Positions 25,126 through 34,785 are shown, counted from the stretch's first letter. The stretch is DNA of 64,000 nucleotides from Armatimonadota bacterium (GCA_036504235.1 DASXVN010000030.1:12677-76676), one strand, 5' to 3'. The notes: generated by a model from the sequence alone, not told the origin. A program made the numbers and translations.

Positions 25126-28100
25126 ATGCGTCTCTCTGTGCAAGCTCTGCTCGTTTGCGTTCTGCTCACCGGCCTACTAGCCGCGGCCGGTTGGTCTCAG
25201 ACTAATGAGGGCAATCTGCTGAAGAACCCCGGCTTTGAGGACCCCATCCCGGGCAAGATGGACAATCCGTTCGTCAACTGGGCCTTCGCCGACAACGGGC
25301 AGACGGAATACCGGGGCGAGATTACTGCGCAGGAATTCCACAGCGGCCTCAAGGCCGCCTCCGTCACGGCCGCGGCCGGCTGCAAGGTGTACTCCGCCTG
25401 GGCGCAGCATGTCCCGGTGAAGACCGACGCCGAGCTGCCCGATCAGGTCTCCGTCTGGTACCGGGCGCCACAGAACGGGGCCATGATTGTCCTGAGTTTC
25501 ATCGGCTTTGACGGCGACAAGTCGGTACCCAAGGGCGGCGACTCGATTGCCCTGCCGCAGAGCGCCGACTGGACGCAGATCAAGGCGACCATCCAGGTGC
25601 CCGCCGGGACGCGCGATATTCAGTTTGAGCTGCGGGTAGACAAGCCCGGCAGCTACCTCTTTGACGATGCCGCGCTGGTGCGGACGCCGGCGGCGGCGGC
25701 CGGCGGCAAGCCCGATCGGATTCTCTTCGTGGTTCCGGCCGCCACCAAGGTCACCTACTTGTGGGAAGCGGCGCTCAAGAACGCGGGCTGGCAGCGGGTC
25801 AGCTATGAGACCTGGGACAACCTGACCCCGGAACTGCTCAAGCAGTGCCGCGTGGTGGTGATCGTCTATCTGCCTCTGCGCCCCGAGGTGAGCGACGCGG
25901 ATCAGGCCACGATCAAGCTGCTGGACGACTACGCGAAGGCGGGCGGCGGGCTGATGCTCAACCAGCAGTCCGGCCAGATGCTCACCGCCATGACGCTGTG
26001 TTGGGCGCTGGCCCGGAACTTCGGCACCGATATTCTCTGGGAGTACACCACCTCCGACCCGGCGCGCACCAGAAAGGTCGGCGCCTGGGACGGGGACACC
26101 TTCACCTACACCGAGCAGGTCTCCGGTCCGGTGGCCCAGGGCGTCAAGGGTGTGCTCTACCAGTCGGTGATGCAGATCGGCGCTTACGCGGGCATCATGC
26201 CCCTGATGCCGAATGACCCCTGGCAGGTAGTCCTGACCACCGGCGCCAACTCCAAGACCACGCCGGTGCTGGTGGGTCTGGAGGAGATTGACAAGCGCTC
26301 CCGGCCGGCCGGATATACCTCCGACGTGCCGTTCGCGGGGATTCGCCCATATGGCCAGGGCCGCGTCGCCTACTTCGGCATGTATCCCGACGTCATCTTT
26401 ACGCGGCTCATCAATACCGACGACGACCGCAAGGTGCATGAGTCCCACCTGGTCAAGGGCACGGACGGCTTCGGCAGCGACCTGCAGAAGCTGTATCTGA
26501 ACACCTTCCAGTGGCTGGGAGCGGGCGGCGATCAGCTCATGACCGCCAACCTGCAGCGGCCGGCGATGAAGCCGGTCCAGTATGTCACCGCCTTCAAGTC
26601 CTTCAAGGGCCTCATCGGCCCGCGCACCAAGTACTCCAGTGGCCAGTCCACCGCGGAGGAGTACGTGACCCGCGCCCGGGCCGCCGGCTATGACTTCGTG
26701 ATCTTCCTGGAGGACTTCGCGGCGCTCCAGCCGGGCGGCTTCGAGGCGCTCAAGGCCGACTGCAAGCGGCTGTCGGACGGCTCCTTCCTGGCGCTTCCGG
26801 GGGTAACCTATCAGAATACGGACGGCAACCACGAGTTCGCCTGGGGCAAGCACCTCCAGTTGCCCTCTGCCCTACTCCTGGGGCCGGACGGCAAGCGTTT
26901 CCTGGCGGTCGGTGGCGCGGAAAAGCCCGGGACCGACCTGACCTGGCTGTATACCCTGCTGGGCTTCGAGAACCAGTCCGGCTGGTACCTGTTCGGCCAG
27001 AACCCCTACCCGCACTTCGACGCCCGCGCCGTCAACGCGATGGGCGTTATCACCCAGGAGGGCGGCAAGACGCTGGAATCCGTAGTGGATTCCTACGCGG
27101 CCGAGGCTCGCAACGGTCAGTTCATGTGGCCGATCGCCCTGACGCTGATGAAGAACGCCAGCGAGATTGCCCTGGCGCAGAGCGGCGTCTACTACCACAA
27201 CGAGATCGGCATCGAGGGCGTCGAGAAGCTGGATACCTGGCTCAATACCCTGGGCGGCCGCAGCGCCAAGCAGCTCTATCCCGGCGCCCCGGACTTCGGG
27301 GAGGTCTTCCTCACCAACGGGCCCCGCATTGATCTGAAGATGCCGCGGGGCGACACCGATCCCGAGGGCAATCTGTGGAGTCCGCGTCTGCAGGAGTGGG
27401 CCTTTGACCTGAAGGTCAGTTCTCCGGTGGGGCTGCGTGAGGTGCGGGTGATGGACGGGACGACGATGATTCGCCGGCTCCTGCCCGGCGGAGCCAAGGA
27501 GTTCGACCACGTGACCAGCCTGCCCCGCGAGCGCCAGAAAGGGATCTGGGTCCGGGCGATTGACACCCAGGGCCGCGAGGCGATCAGCCGCGACATTACC
27601 TCCGACTCCTGGCTGCTGCGCGAGTCGCAGTGCGCCGACCGCGAGAACCAACTGCTGGACTCGCGCCAGGTCCGCGCGGACGGCACGCCCTTCTTCGTGG
27701 GCTACGGCGGGGACACCGCCATCCCCGACAAGGGCTCCTGGAATGGCCGCACCCGTCCGGTCGGCTGCTTCGTCTTCGACCAGAAGCTGGGCGCCGGCTC
27801 CATGGCCTACGACGGTTCGCCCGAGAATCATCCGGCGGTCTGCTTCAGCCCCTCGCTGTGGTACGGCGACAGCCAGCCGCAGGGCCTGGGCATCGTGAAC
27901 CAACTGATCGGCGGCCGCGAGGGCGGGGCGCATGTGCAGCCCTCCCGCGTGTCGGCCTCCTCCGACGTGCTCATTGGCGACCGCATTCTGGACGGCGTCT
28001 TCCCGGTGAACGCCAAGCCGGTCTACCAGGTCTGGGGCACCCTGTACCCGGTGACCCCGAGCCAGTACCTCAAGACGACGGCGCGAGAGTACCTGTACCT

Positions 28101-29046
28101 CATCAAGCCCGACGGGGCCAGCGTGTACCTGTGGGACCAGAGCTTCGAGTTCCTCCAGGACGTGCCGGTCACGACCAAGACCGCTTTCGCGCTGGGCATG
28201 GGCTACATCGGGGCCAGCAGCGCCACGGAGCGCGTCATCGTCAGCGGCGGGAAGATAGTGGACACCGGCAAGATAGCGGGCAAGCCGCTGGAGAGCTGGG
28301 ACTTCAACAAGGGCGATTACGTCGGCCTGATTAAGAGCCCCTTCGGCTCGCTGGCGGTGTATAGCCTGACCGACGGACTGGTGATCGCCGGCGACGGCGT
28401 GAACTACAGCGTGGGCTTCAAGCCGACCGGCGCGGTCTACGCCCAGGGCGCCAAGCTGCGCGCCCGCATGATGATGGTGGGGATGCACCGGCTGGTCACC
28501 GACCCGGCGGCCTTGGCCGCGCAGTTCGCGGTGGACTACGGCCTCACCGGTACGCCGACCTGGAAGTTCGAGCCGTTCCAGGGGACGGTTCTGCCCGCTG
28601 ACTATCCGGCGGCGCTGCAGGCCGGCCCCGGCCAGTGCTTCGTCGGTCGCGTGAGCGGCGTGGACAAGCTGGCCGCCAACCTGGGCGTCGCGGTCTCGGG
28701 CCTGCGGGACAACTGGACGGCCTTCTGCCAGACCCAGGGCGCGGGCGGACAGACGCGGATCATCTCCGTGGAGAGGGGCACCGGCTACGCCGTGGTCACC
28801 GCGGCGGAAGAGGGCAAGACGCTGTTCTTCGGCCACCCGCTGATCGCGGATAACGCGGAGGTCGGTATCACCGTAGCCCGCAGCGGCGACTGGAAGTTCT
28901 GGGTGGCGGAGATCCACAACCCCACCGACAAGCCGATCATGGCCACCGTGCGGAGCAACCCGGCTTGCCAGGGCCCTAACTTCAAGGAGACCCTGACGCT
29001 GGCGCCGGGCAGTTCGGTGATCCGGATCCTGGGGCCGGCGGGGTAG
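25126..29046 (+). CDS. Very large secreted protein (1306 aa) with an N-terminal CBM4_9-like jelly-roll module; remainder uncharacterised
   Basis: Signal peptide 'MRLSVQALLVCVLLTGLLAAAGWSQ'. 'NLLKNPGFEDP...FDDAAL' is a CBM-like module. A following segment (ILFVVPAA...VVVIVYLP) looks like a class-I-amidotransferase-like fold. Confidence 0.75.
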   Translation: MRLSVQALLVCVLLTGLLAAAGWSQTNEGNLLKNPGFEDPIPGKMDNPFVNWAFADNGQTEYRGEITAQEFHSGLKAASVTAAAGCKVYSAWAQHVPVKTDAELPDQVSVWYRAPQNGAMIVLSFIGFDGDKSVPKGGDSIALPQSADWTQIKATIQVPAGTRDIQFELRVDKPGSYLFDDAALVRTPAAAAGGKPDRILFVVPAATKVTYLWEAALKNAGWQRVSYETWDNLTPELLKQCRVVVIVYLPLRPEVSDADQATIKLLDDYAKAGGGLMLNQQSGQMLTAMTLCWALARNFGTDILWEYTTSDPARTRKVGAWDGDTFTYTEQVSGPVAQGVKGVLYQSVMQIGAYAGIMPLMPNDPWQVVLTTGANSKTTPVLVGLEEIDKRSRPAGYTSDVPFAGIRPYGQGRVAYFGMYPDVIFTRLINTDDDRKVHESHLVKGTDGFGSDLQKLYLNTFQWLGAGGDQLMTANLQRPAMKPVQYVTAFKSFKGLIGPRTKYSSGQSTAEEYVTRARAAGYDFVIFLEDFAALQPGGFEALKADCKRLSDGSFLALPGVTYQNTDGNHEFAWGKHLQLPSALLLGPDGKRFLAVGGAEKPGTDLTWLYTLLGFENQSGWYLFGQNPYPHFDARAVNAMGVITQEGGKTLESVVDSYAAEARNGQFMWPIALTLMKNASEIALAQSGVYYHNEIGIEGVEKLDTWLNTLGGRSAKQLYPGAPDFGEVFLTNGPRIDLKMPRGDTDPEGNLWSPRLQEWAFDLKVSSPVGLREVRVMDGTTMIRRLLPGGAKEFDHVTSLPRERQKGIWVRAIDTQGREAISRDITSDSWLLRESQCADRENQLLDSRQVRADGTPFFVGYGGDTAIPDKGSWNGRTRPVGCFVFDQKLGAGSMAYDGSPENHPAVCFSPSLWYGDSQPQGLGIVNQLIGGREGGAHVQPSRVSASSDVLIGDRILDGVFPVNAKPVYQVWGTLYPVTPSQYLKTTAREYLYLIKPDGASVYLWDQSFEFLQDVPVTTKTAFALGMGYIGASSATERVIVSGGKIVDTGKIAGKPLESWDFNKGDYVGLIKSPFGSLAVYSLTDGLVIAGDGVNYSVGFKPTGAVYAQGAKLRARMMMVGMHRLVTDPAALAAQFAVDYGLTGTPTWKFEPFQGTVLPADYPAALQAGPGQCFVGRVSGVDKLAANLGVAVSGLRDNWTAFCQTQGAGGQTRIISVERGTGYAVVTAAEEGKTLFFGHPLIADNAEVGITVARSGDWKFWVAEIHNPTDKPIMATVRSNPACQGPNFKETLTLAPGSSVIRILGPAG

Positions 29047-29075
29047 GGCGCGAACGACCTCCATATGTTACCCAC

Positions 29076-29109
29076 AGGCCCTTCTGCCCACCAGCAGAAG
29101 GGCCTTTTG
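29076..29109 (+). terminator. Rho-independent terminator after the 1306-aa gene; near-copy of the tRNA-Asp terminator
   Basis: 'aggcccttctgc-ccacca-gcagaagggcct' followed by a T-run. Confidence 0.75.
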
Positions 29110-29310
29110 TCTTTTGGCCGCTAGCTAGATTACCCCGTGGTCGCCGATCTCCGGGTCCGCGAAGAGGTTGTCCTGCGGAACCGAGGGCATCGAGCATTCC
29201 AGCAGCAGCGCAGTTCCCGGGTGTCGCGAAGGCCCTGCTACCGGTGGTAGCAGGGCCTTCCGTATATGGTCTAGCGACGGTTCTCGCCCTCGTCAGCGGT
29301 GCTTACCTGC

Positions 29311-30453
29311 TCATAGCGCCGGCACGAGTGCGCCCGCGCGCGGGCTGCCCAGGCCGGTCACCAAGTCGTAGCCGGTGGTGCATGAGTAACTCCGGTTCGT
29401 GCCACTGGTGATGTCCAGGAAGTAGGTGCCCAGCGACGTGGGGCTGCCCAGGGCATACAGGGCGGCGTCGGCGCTGCTCAGGCGGCTGCCCCGCGCGGCG
29501 TTCGCTCGCGCCAGCAGAGCGGCCCACTGCGGGGCGCCCGCGCTGGTGCCGCCGACCTGCACCCAGGCCCGCGAGCCCTTGCCGCTGGCGCTGCAGTATA
29601 CCGGGAATCCGGTGGCCGGGTTCGCGTTGTAGCTGACATCCGGCATGGTCCGATGCCCGGTGGACTGCGAGGCGGTCTGATAAGCCGGCTGGTCCTCGTA
29701 GGCGCTGGGGCCGCCGTTGCTGCCCGACCAGGCGGTCTCGGACAAGCGGTTCCCGGCGCTATCCAGGGACAGGCTGGTTCCGCCCACGGAGACTACATAA
29801 GGCGACACCGCCGGCCACTGCGCGCCCCCGCCGCTGTCGCCGGAGGAGGCGGTGAAGGTGACGCCGGTCTTGTTGAAGTGGAAGTCGTACAGGGTCTCGC
29901 CGGCAAACTCATTGCCGCCCCAGCTCATCGACACCTGCCCGGCGCGCGCGGCGGCGTAGTCGACGCAGGTCAGCAGGGAGTTGAAGCTGGCATCATTGGC
30001 GACTACCAGCAGGATCGTCGCCCCGGGGGCCATGGCGTGGGCCCACTCGACGTCCAGGGAGGTCTCCAGCGCCCAGCCGGCATTGCTGCGGCGTTTGCCG
30101 CCCTGGGGGTAGGCGATCTGGACGGTCGTGGTGGGCAGGCCGAACTGCGTGCAGAAGGTGTTCAGGTCGCTCTGGATGGTCGAGCTACCGTAGGCGTCCA
30201 CGATGGCGATGACCTCCCCGGAGCCGGTGCCGGGAAGGGTGTCAAAGCCGTAGGCGTGGCGGATCTGCTGGGGGGTGTAGCCGGAGAGCGCCGCCGGGCC
30301 CACCTGCTGGATGTGGACAGGCGGACGCGCCTCCCAGCCCGAAGGCACAGGGGCCTGCCCGGCGGGATCACCCGATCCGCCGCAGCCCGTCAGCAACAGG
30401 GCGGTGCAGGCGAGTAGCACAGCGAGACTGAACAGAAGCGATCGATACCACAT
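29311..30453 (-). CDS. S53 (sedolisin/kumamolisin-like) serine peptidase, lipoprotein, no recognisable pro-domain
   Basis: Lipobox 'LLLTGCGG'. 'SSGDSGG' and 'VGGTSAGAPQWAALLA' are sedolisin-type motifs. 'YTPQQIRHAYGFD' is a catalytic-domain start. Confidence 0.7.
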   Translation of the reverse strand: MWYRSLLFSLAVLLACTALLLTGCGGSGDPAGQAPVPSGWEARPPVHIQQVGPAALSGYTPQQIRHAYGFDTLPGTGSGEVIAIVDAYGSSTIQSDLNTFCTQFGLPTTTVQIAYPQGGKRRSNAGWALETSLDVEWAHAMAPGATILLVVANDASFNSLLTCVDYAAARAGQVSMSWGGNEFAGETLYDFHFNKTGVTFTASSGDSGGGAQWPAVSPYVVSVGGTSLSLDSAGNRLSETAWSGSNGGPSAYEDQPAYQTASQSTGHRTMPDVSYNANPATGFPVYCSASGKGSRAWVQVGGTSAGAPQWAALLARANAARGSRLSSADAALYALGSPTSLGTYFLDITSGTNRSYSCTTGYDLVTGLGSPRAGALVPAL

Positions 30454-30650
30454 ACGGATTTCCCTCCTCGATCTGCGGCCGAGGCAACCAGACCGCTTGG
30501 CCTCTTATCCAAATCAGTGGACGCTGTCCACGGTAGATTGTTTTGCTGCGGGAGCGGTTGGAACCACTCTCCTTGCTAGTGTTCGCCGCGAGCTGAAGCT
30601 CTTCTGCTTGGCGTCCGTTCCCGCGCTCGGGTGTGTCATCCGCCGCGCCC

Positions 30651-30974
30651 CTAGTCCTGATGGAAAACTTCCTCCAGGGGCGCCCACCACTCGCCCTCGG
30701 CCGCCGTCTCCACCGGGTGCTGCAGGGGGTCGCAGATCTCCCACCACTGCTGAGTCACCGGGTCCGCGGCCATCTTGGCCATGTCGGCCGCGTAATCGAC
30801 GCCGTGGTACTCGAAGTAGCTGAACAGAAGGCCGTCGCGGTAGAAGATCGAGTAGTTGCGGATATTGCACTCGGTGATCGTCTGAGCCACGCCGGGCCAG
30901 ATCGCCACGTGCAAGCGCTTGTACTCCTCCAGTACCTCGGGGAGTAACCTGATGACGGCTCCGTATCGCTTCAT
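30651..30974 (-). CDS. rhaM: L-rhamnose mutarotase
   Basis: 'MKRYGAVIRLLPEVLEEYKRLHVAIWPGV...NYSIFYRDGLLFSYFEY' is typical RhaM. Start at ATG 30974. Confidence 0.85.
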   Translation of the reverse strand: MKRYGAVIRLLPEVLEEYKRLHVAIWPGVAQTITECNIRNYSIFYRDGLLFSYFEYHGVDYAADMAKMAADPVTQQWWEICDPLQHPVETAAEGEWWAPLEEVFHQD

Positions 30975-31061
30975 TGCTGAGGTCCTTTCCATGCGCTAAC
31001 TTGGTTTTGCTCCCCCTCTCCTGCCCGGAGAGGGGGTTAGGGGGTGAGGCCTCCCCCGGGT

Positions 31062-32102
31062 CTATCCGTACCAGCCCTCTTCCAGAAGGGTGTCGCACAT
31101 TGCCAGCACGTTTTCGACGGGGGTCTCCTCGAGGATGGTGTCGTGGCTGGCGCCGGCGATATAGCCGCCGCCCGGCGCCATGGTCTTGAGCACCGCCCGG
31201 GTCTGTTCGCGCACCTGCGCGGGCGTGCTCTCGATCAGCACGTGGTGCGAGTCAATCGCGCCGTTGAAGACGATCCGGCTCCCGAAATCGCGCTTGAGCG
31301 TCGCCAGGTCCATGCCGCTGCAGGAGGGCTGCACGGCGTGCAGGGCGTCCAGCCGCGCCTCGATGAGGCTGGGAATCAGCGGCGCAATCCCACCGCAGCA
31401 GTGCATCATGACCGGCAGGCCATAGTCGTGGCCGAGGTCAATCAGCCGCTGCAAGTGCGACAAAAGGAAGCGCCGGAAGAGATCCACGCCCAGCAGTGGC
31501 CCGGTCTGGCTACCCAGGTCGTTGCCCATAAAGAAAATGTCAATCGCGCCCGCCGCGGCGTCGAAGATGCGCCGGCTGACCTCCGCGTAATAGTCCACCA
31601 TGTGCCCCAGGAGCGCGTCCACGGTCTCCGGGGCGTCGTACATGGAAAAGTAGAGCTGCTCCATGCCCATCAGGTCAATCGCGTCATGCCAGAAGGGCGA
31701 CCAGTCGCCGCCCAGAATCGCATACTGCCCGCCCCCGGCGAGGGCCTCCGCGCGCAGGTGCGAGGTATCCATCGCGGCGGCGTCGGGCCAAGGGTAGGCG
31801 TGCACTTGCGCCGGCGTCGCGCCGGCCAGGGGGTGGCTGATCGGCTGTCCGAAGCCCAGGCCATGACGATCCACGCCAAAGATCGTCCGCACCGTGACGC
31901 CCTCCGGCAGCGCCGCCGGGGCCGGCTCGCGGGCGAACACCCGCCGAAAATCATCCCCAAACCGCAGCCGCAGGCCCTCCACGTCGAGGTGCAGCTCCTG
32001 CTGCGCCTTGGCCCAGAACTCCTCCGAGCAGCCCACCCACAGCGGCACGCGGTCCGGCTCGTCATGCGCAAAGGTCGTCAGCACTCGCTCGCGCGAAGTC
32101 AT
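31062..32102 (-). CDS. Uroporphyrinogen decarboxylase (URO-D) family protein, paralogue 2
   Basis: 'MTSRERVLTTFAHDEPDRVPLW...' and C-terminal '...PGGGYIAGASHDTILEETP'. Confidence 0.75.
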   Translation of the reverse strand: MTSRERVLTTFAHDEPDRVPLWVGCSEEFWAKAQQELHLDVEGLRLRFGDDFRRVFAREPAPAALPEGVTVRTIFGVDRHGLGFGQPISHPLAGATPAQVHAYPWPDAAAMDTSHLRAEALAGGGQYAILGGDWSPFWHDAIDLMGMEQLYFSMYDAPETVDALLGHMVDYYAEVSRRIFDAAAGAIDIFFMGNDLGSQTGPLLGVDLFRRFLLSHLQRLIDLGHDYGLPVMMHCCGGIAPLIPSLIEARLDALHAVQPSCSGMDLATLKRDFGSRIVFNGAIDSHHVLIESTPAQVREQTRAVLKTMAPGGGYIAGASHDTILEETPVENVLAMCDTLLEEGWYG

Positions 32103-32332
32103 CTCATGCTCCCTCTCCGGCCGGTAGTCACCAGCCTTCCCGTAGCGAGAGTTCCGGCTCCCCGGTGCTGATTCCTCCCGGCCCGGGCGGCAACCGAGGA
32201 CTCGCGTCCGCGGAAAGGGACTGGCTGCGGGGAACCAATCGTGTTATGATTCAGTCATTAGTGCTACGAAGGAAGGAAACGACGCCAGGCGGCTCTGCAG
32301 GGCCGTCGTCGGACCCTGAGGTAAGGCCGCCC

Positions 32333-32983
32333 ATGCATATACCTGACGGATTTGTGGATTTGCCCACGGCGCTAGCCACCGGCGCGTTGGCTGCCGGGGG
32401 CGTGGGCTATGCCTCCTGGCGACTGAGCCGGACGCTGGCGCCGGAGAAGGTGCCTTTGTTGGGAGTCGCCGGGGCTTTCGTTTTTGCCGGGCAGATGGTC
32501 AATTTCCCGGTAGCGGGCGGCACCTCCGGGCATCTACTGGGCGCGGCGCTGGTGACGCTGCTGCTGGGGCCCTGGGCGGCGATGCTGGTAATCACCTCGG
32601 TCCTGGTGGTGCAGTGCCTGGTCTTCCAGGACGGCGGTCTGAGCGCGCTGGGGGCGAATGTGCTGAATATGGCGGTAATCGGGCCGCTGGTGGCGGCCGG
32701 AGTCTCGGGCGCGGGGCAGAGCCTGTTCCGCGGACCGCGCGGCCGCTGGGTGGCAGCCGGCGGGGCGGCGTGGGCCACGGTGGTCGCGGCGGCGCTGGCG
32801 GCCGCGCTGGAGCTGATTGTCTCCGGCACGGCCCCGGCGGTGGTCGTGCTGCCGGCCATGGTCGGCGTACACGCGCTGATCGGCCTGGGGGAGGCGGCCC
32901 TGACCGTGGGCGCGCTGGCGGCGGTAGTCGCGGCCCGTCCGGACTTGTGGCCGGTGCGGCCGCGGGCGGAGGTGCAACTATGA
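32333..32983 (+). CDS. cbiM: ECF transporter substrate-capture component CbiM/NikM
   Basis: Canonical N-terminus 'MHIPDGF'. Multiple TM segments. The stop overlaps the next start (ATGA). Confidence 0.85.
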   Translation: MHIPDGFVDLPTALATGALAAGGVGYASWRLSRTLAPEKVPLLGVAGAFVFAGQMVNFPVAGGTSGHLLGAALVTLLLGPWAAMLVITSVLVVQCLVFQDGGLSALGANVLNMAVIGPLVAAGVSGAGQSLFRGPRGRWVAAGGAAWATVVAAALAAALELIVSGTAPAVVVLPAMVGVHALIGLGEAALTVGALAAVVAARPDLWPVRPRAEVQL

Positions 32984-33282
32984 AGAATCGCGGGTGGCTC
33001 GCAATTTTGGTGATAGCTGTCGCGGTGGCGGCCCTGGTGGCGCCGTTTGCCTCCTCCTGGCCGGATGGCCTGGAGAAGGTGGCGGGCCAACTGGGCTTTG
33101 CCCCCCGCGCGGCCGCGCCCGCGCCGGGCTATGCTCTGCCGGGCCTACCGGAGGGGCATGTTTCCACCGGAGTAGCCGGTATTCTGGGTACACTAATTGT
33201 ATTCGCGGCGGTCTACGGGCTGGCGGCCTTGCTGGCGGCCCGCGCGAGGAAGCGTAATGTGCAACTCGAAACTCATCAATAA
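32980..33282 (+). CDS. PDGLE domain-containing small membrane protein (CbiN-position component)
   Basis: 'SSWPDGLEKVA' motif flanked by two TM segments. Translationally coupled to cbiM. Confidence 0.75.
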   Translation: MKNRGWLAILVIAVAVAALVAPFASSWPDGLEKVAGQLGFAPRAAAPAPGYALPGLPEGHVSTGVAGILGTLIVFAAVYGLAALLAARARKRNVQLETHQ

Positions 33283-34039
33283 TCACGGAGGCGCGGCGAG
33301 GGGGGGCGGCTGGCTGCAGGACGGTCTGCGGCGGCTGCATCCGGTCAGCAAGGTGCTGGCCTGCCTGGGTCTGGTCCTGGGCGCGGTGAGCCTCGCTCCG
33401 CTGGCGCAGGGGCGGCTGGCCGCGGTCGGGGGCGGCCTGGCGCTGCTCTGGCTGGTCGCGGGCTTCTCGCCGCTGACGCTGGCTAAACGCCTGGCCGTCG
33501 CCGCGCCGTTTGTCGGTCTGGCCGCGCTCTGTGTGCTCTTCGGCTCGCCGCATACGGTCACGGCGGGCGTCGGCGCATTCACGTTTCCGCCAACCCCGGA
33601 AGCGGTGGCCCGGTTTGAGCTGCTGCTGCTCAAAGCGGGTGTCTCCCTGGTGGCGCTGAGCCTGCTGGGGGCGACGACCACCCCGGAGGAGCTGCTCGGC
33701 GCGCTGCGCACCTTGCGCGTCCCGGCGCTGCTGGTGACCACGTTGGCCCTCACCATCCGCTACCTCAGCGTGCTGCGCGAGGAGGCCCAGCGGATGCTCC
33801 AGGCCCGCGATTCCCGCGGCTGCCCCACCGGGCTGCGGCGGCGTGCCCGGGTGACCGGCAGCATGATCGGTTCCCTGTTCCTGCGCTCCTACGAGCGGGC
33901 CGAGCGCGTGGGCCACGCCATGGCCGCGCGCGGCTTCACCGGCTCCTTTCCCGGGGACGAGCCCCGGCGCCTCACCCATCCTGATCTGCTGGCGCCGCTG
34001 CTGACCGTCGGCATGATGTGCTGGCTGGTGCTCTGGTGA
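33257..34039 (+). CDS. cbiQ: ECF transporter transmembrane (T) component CbiQ/EcfT
   Basis: Position within the cbiM-(N)-Q-O order, TM-rich sequence, 'ARDSRG' motif region. The start (ATG 33257) is uncertain. Confidence 0.75.
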   Translation: MCNSKLINNHGGAARGGGWLQDGLRRLHPVSKVLACLGLVLGAVSLAPLAQGRLAAVGGGLALLWLVAGFSPLTLAKRLAVAAPFVGLAALCVLFGSPHTVTAGVGAFTFPPTPEAVARFELLLLKAGVSLVALSLLGATTTPEELLGALRTLRVPALLVTTLALTIRYLSVLREEAQRMLQARDSRGCPTGLRRRARVTGSMIGSLFLRSYERAERVGHAMAARGFTGSFPGDEPRRLTHPDLLAPLLTVGMMCWLVLW

Positions 34040-34785
34040 TCACTCCCGCTCTGCGCCTGGATAACCTGACCTACCGCTACCCCGACGGCCACCCGGCGCT
34101 GGCCGGCCTGTCGCTGGAGGTGGCCCCCGGCGAGTCGGTGGCGCTGGTCGGCCCCAACGGGGCGGGCAAGTCCACCCTGCTGCTGCACCTCAACGGCGTC
34201 CTGCGCGGGGAGGGCGCGGTGGAGATTAACGGCGAGCGGCTGGAGGACAGCAACCTGCGCCGCCTCCGCCAGCAGGTGGGGCTGGTTTTCGAGGACCCCA
34301 ACGATCAACTTTTCATGCCCACCGTGGGCGAGGACGTCTGCTTTGGCCCGCTCAACCAGGGGCTGTCCGCGCCCGAGGCGGAGCGGCGCGCCCGGGAGGC
34401 CCTGGCGGCGGTCGGTATGGAGCCGGCCTGGAGCAAGCCCCCCAGTCACCTGAGCCTGGGCCAGCGCAAGCGGGTCGCGGTCGCTACGGTGCTGGCGATG
34501 GAATCCGCGATTCTGGCCCTGGACGACCCCACCGGCGGCTTGGACCCGGAGGGGCGCGAGCAGTTCCTGCGCCTGATCGCCGGGCTACCCCACACCAAAC
34601 TGATTGCCACTCACGACCTGGAACTGGTCTGGGACACCTGTCACCGCGTGGCCCTGCTGGACGCGGGTCAGGTAGTCGCGGTGGGGCCCACCCGCGAGAT
34701 TCTCAGCGACGAGCCCCTGCTGCGCGCGCACGGCCTCCGGCTCCCGGCCTGCGCCGCGTCTCCGGCGCTCTGCCCGGCGCGCTAG
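34018..34785 (+). CDS. cbiO: ECF transporter ATPase CbiO (ABC ATP-binding protein)
   Basis: Walker A 'GPNGAGKSTLL', signature 'LSLGQRKRV', Walker B 'ILALDDP'. The start is either GTG 34018 or GTG 34036, which overlaps the cbiQ stop as GTGA. Confidence 0.9.
   Translation: MLAGALVITPALRLDNLTYRYPDGHPALAGLSLEVAPGESVALVGPNGAGKSTLLLHLNGVLRGEGAVEINGERLEDSNLRRLRQQVGLVFEDPNDQLFMPTVGEDVCFGPLNQGLSAPEAERRAREALAAVGMEPAWSKPPSHLSLGQRKRVAVATVLAMESAILALDDPTGGLDPEGREQFLRLIAGLPHTKLIATHDLELVWDTCHRVALLDAGQVVAVGPTREILSDEPLLRAHGLRLPACAASPALCPAR

Noticed and set aside
25177-29064. Two long antisense ORFs (25177..26853 and 26872..29064) opposite the 1306-aa secreted protein
   Set aside because: The plus-strand frame has a signal peptide, a CBM-like module, an RBS and a terminator. 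The antisense translations are low complexity with no supporting signals.
29228-29260. Hairpin 'gaaggccctgctacc-ggt-ggtagcagggccttc' as a terminator for the sedolisin gene
   Set aside because: It is a perfect 15-bp stem located downstream of the minus-strand gene, but it lacks a U-run in either orientation. It may be a REP-like element or a rho-dependent pause site, so it is not called as a feature.
24855-30453. Calling a tRNA-associated genomic island or prophage downstream of tRNA-Asp
   Set aside because: There are no integrase, excisionase, phage or conjugation genes, and I could see no obvious compositional shift. Only the 49-nt repeat is reported, as an observation.
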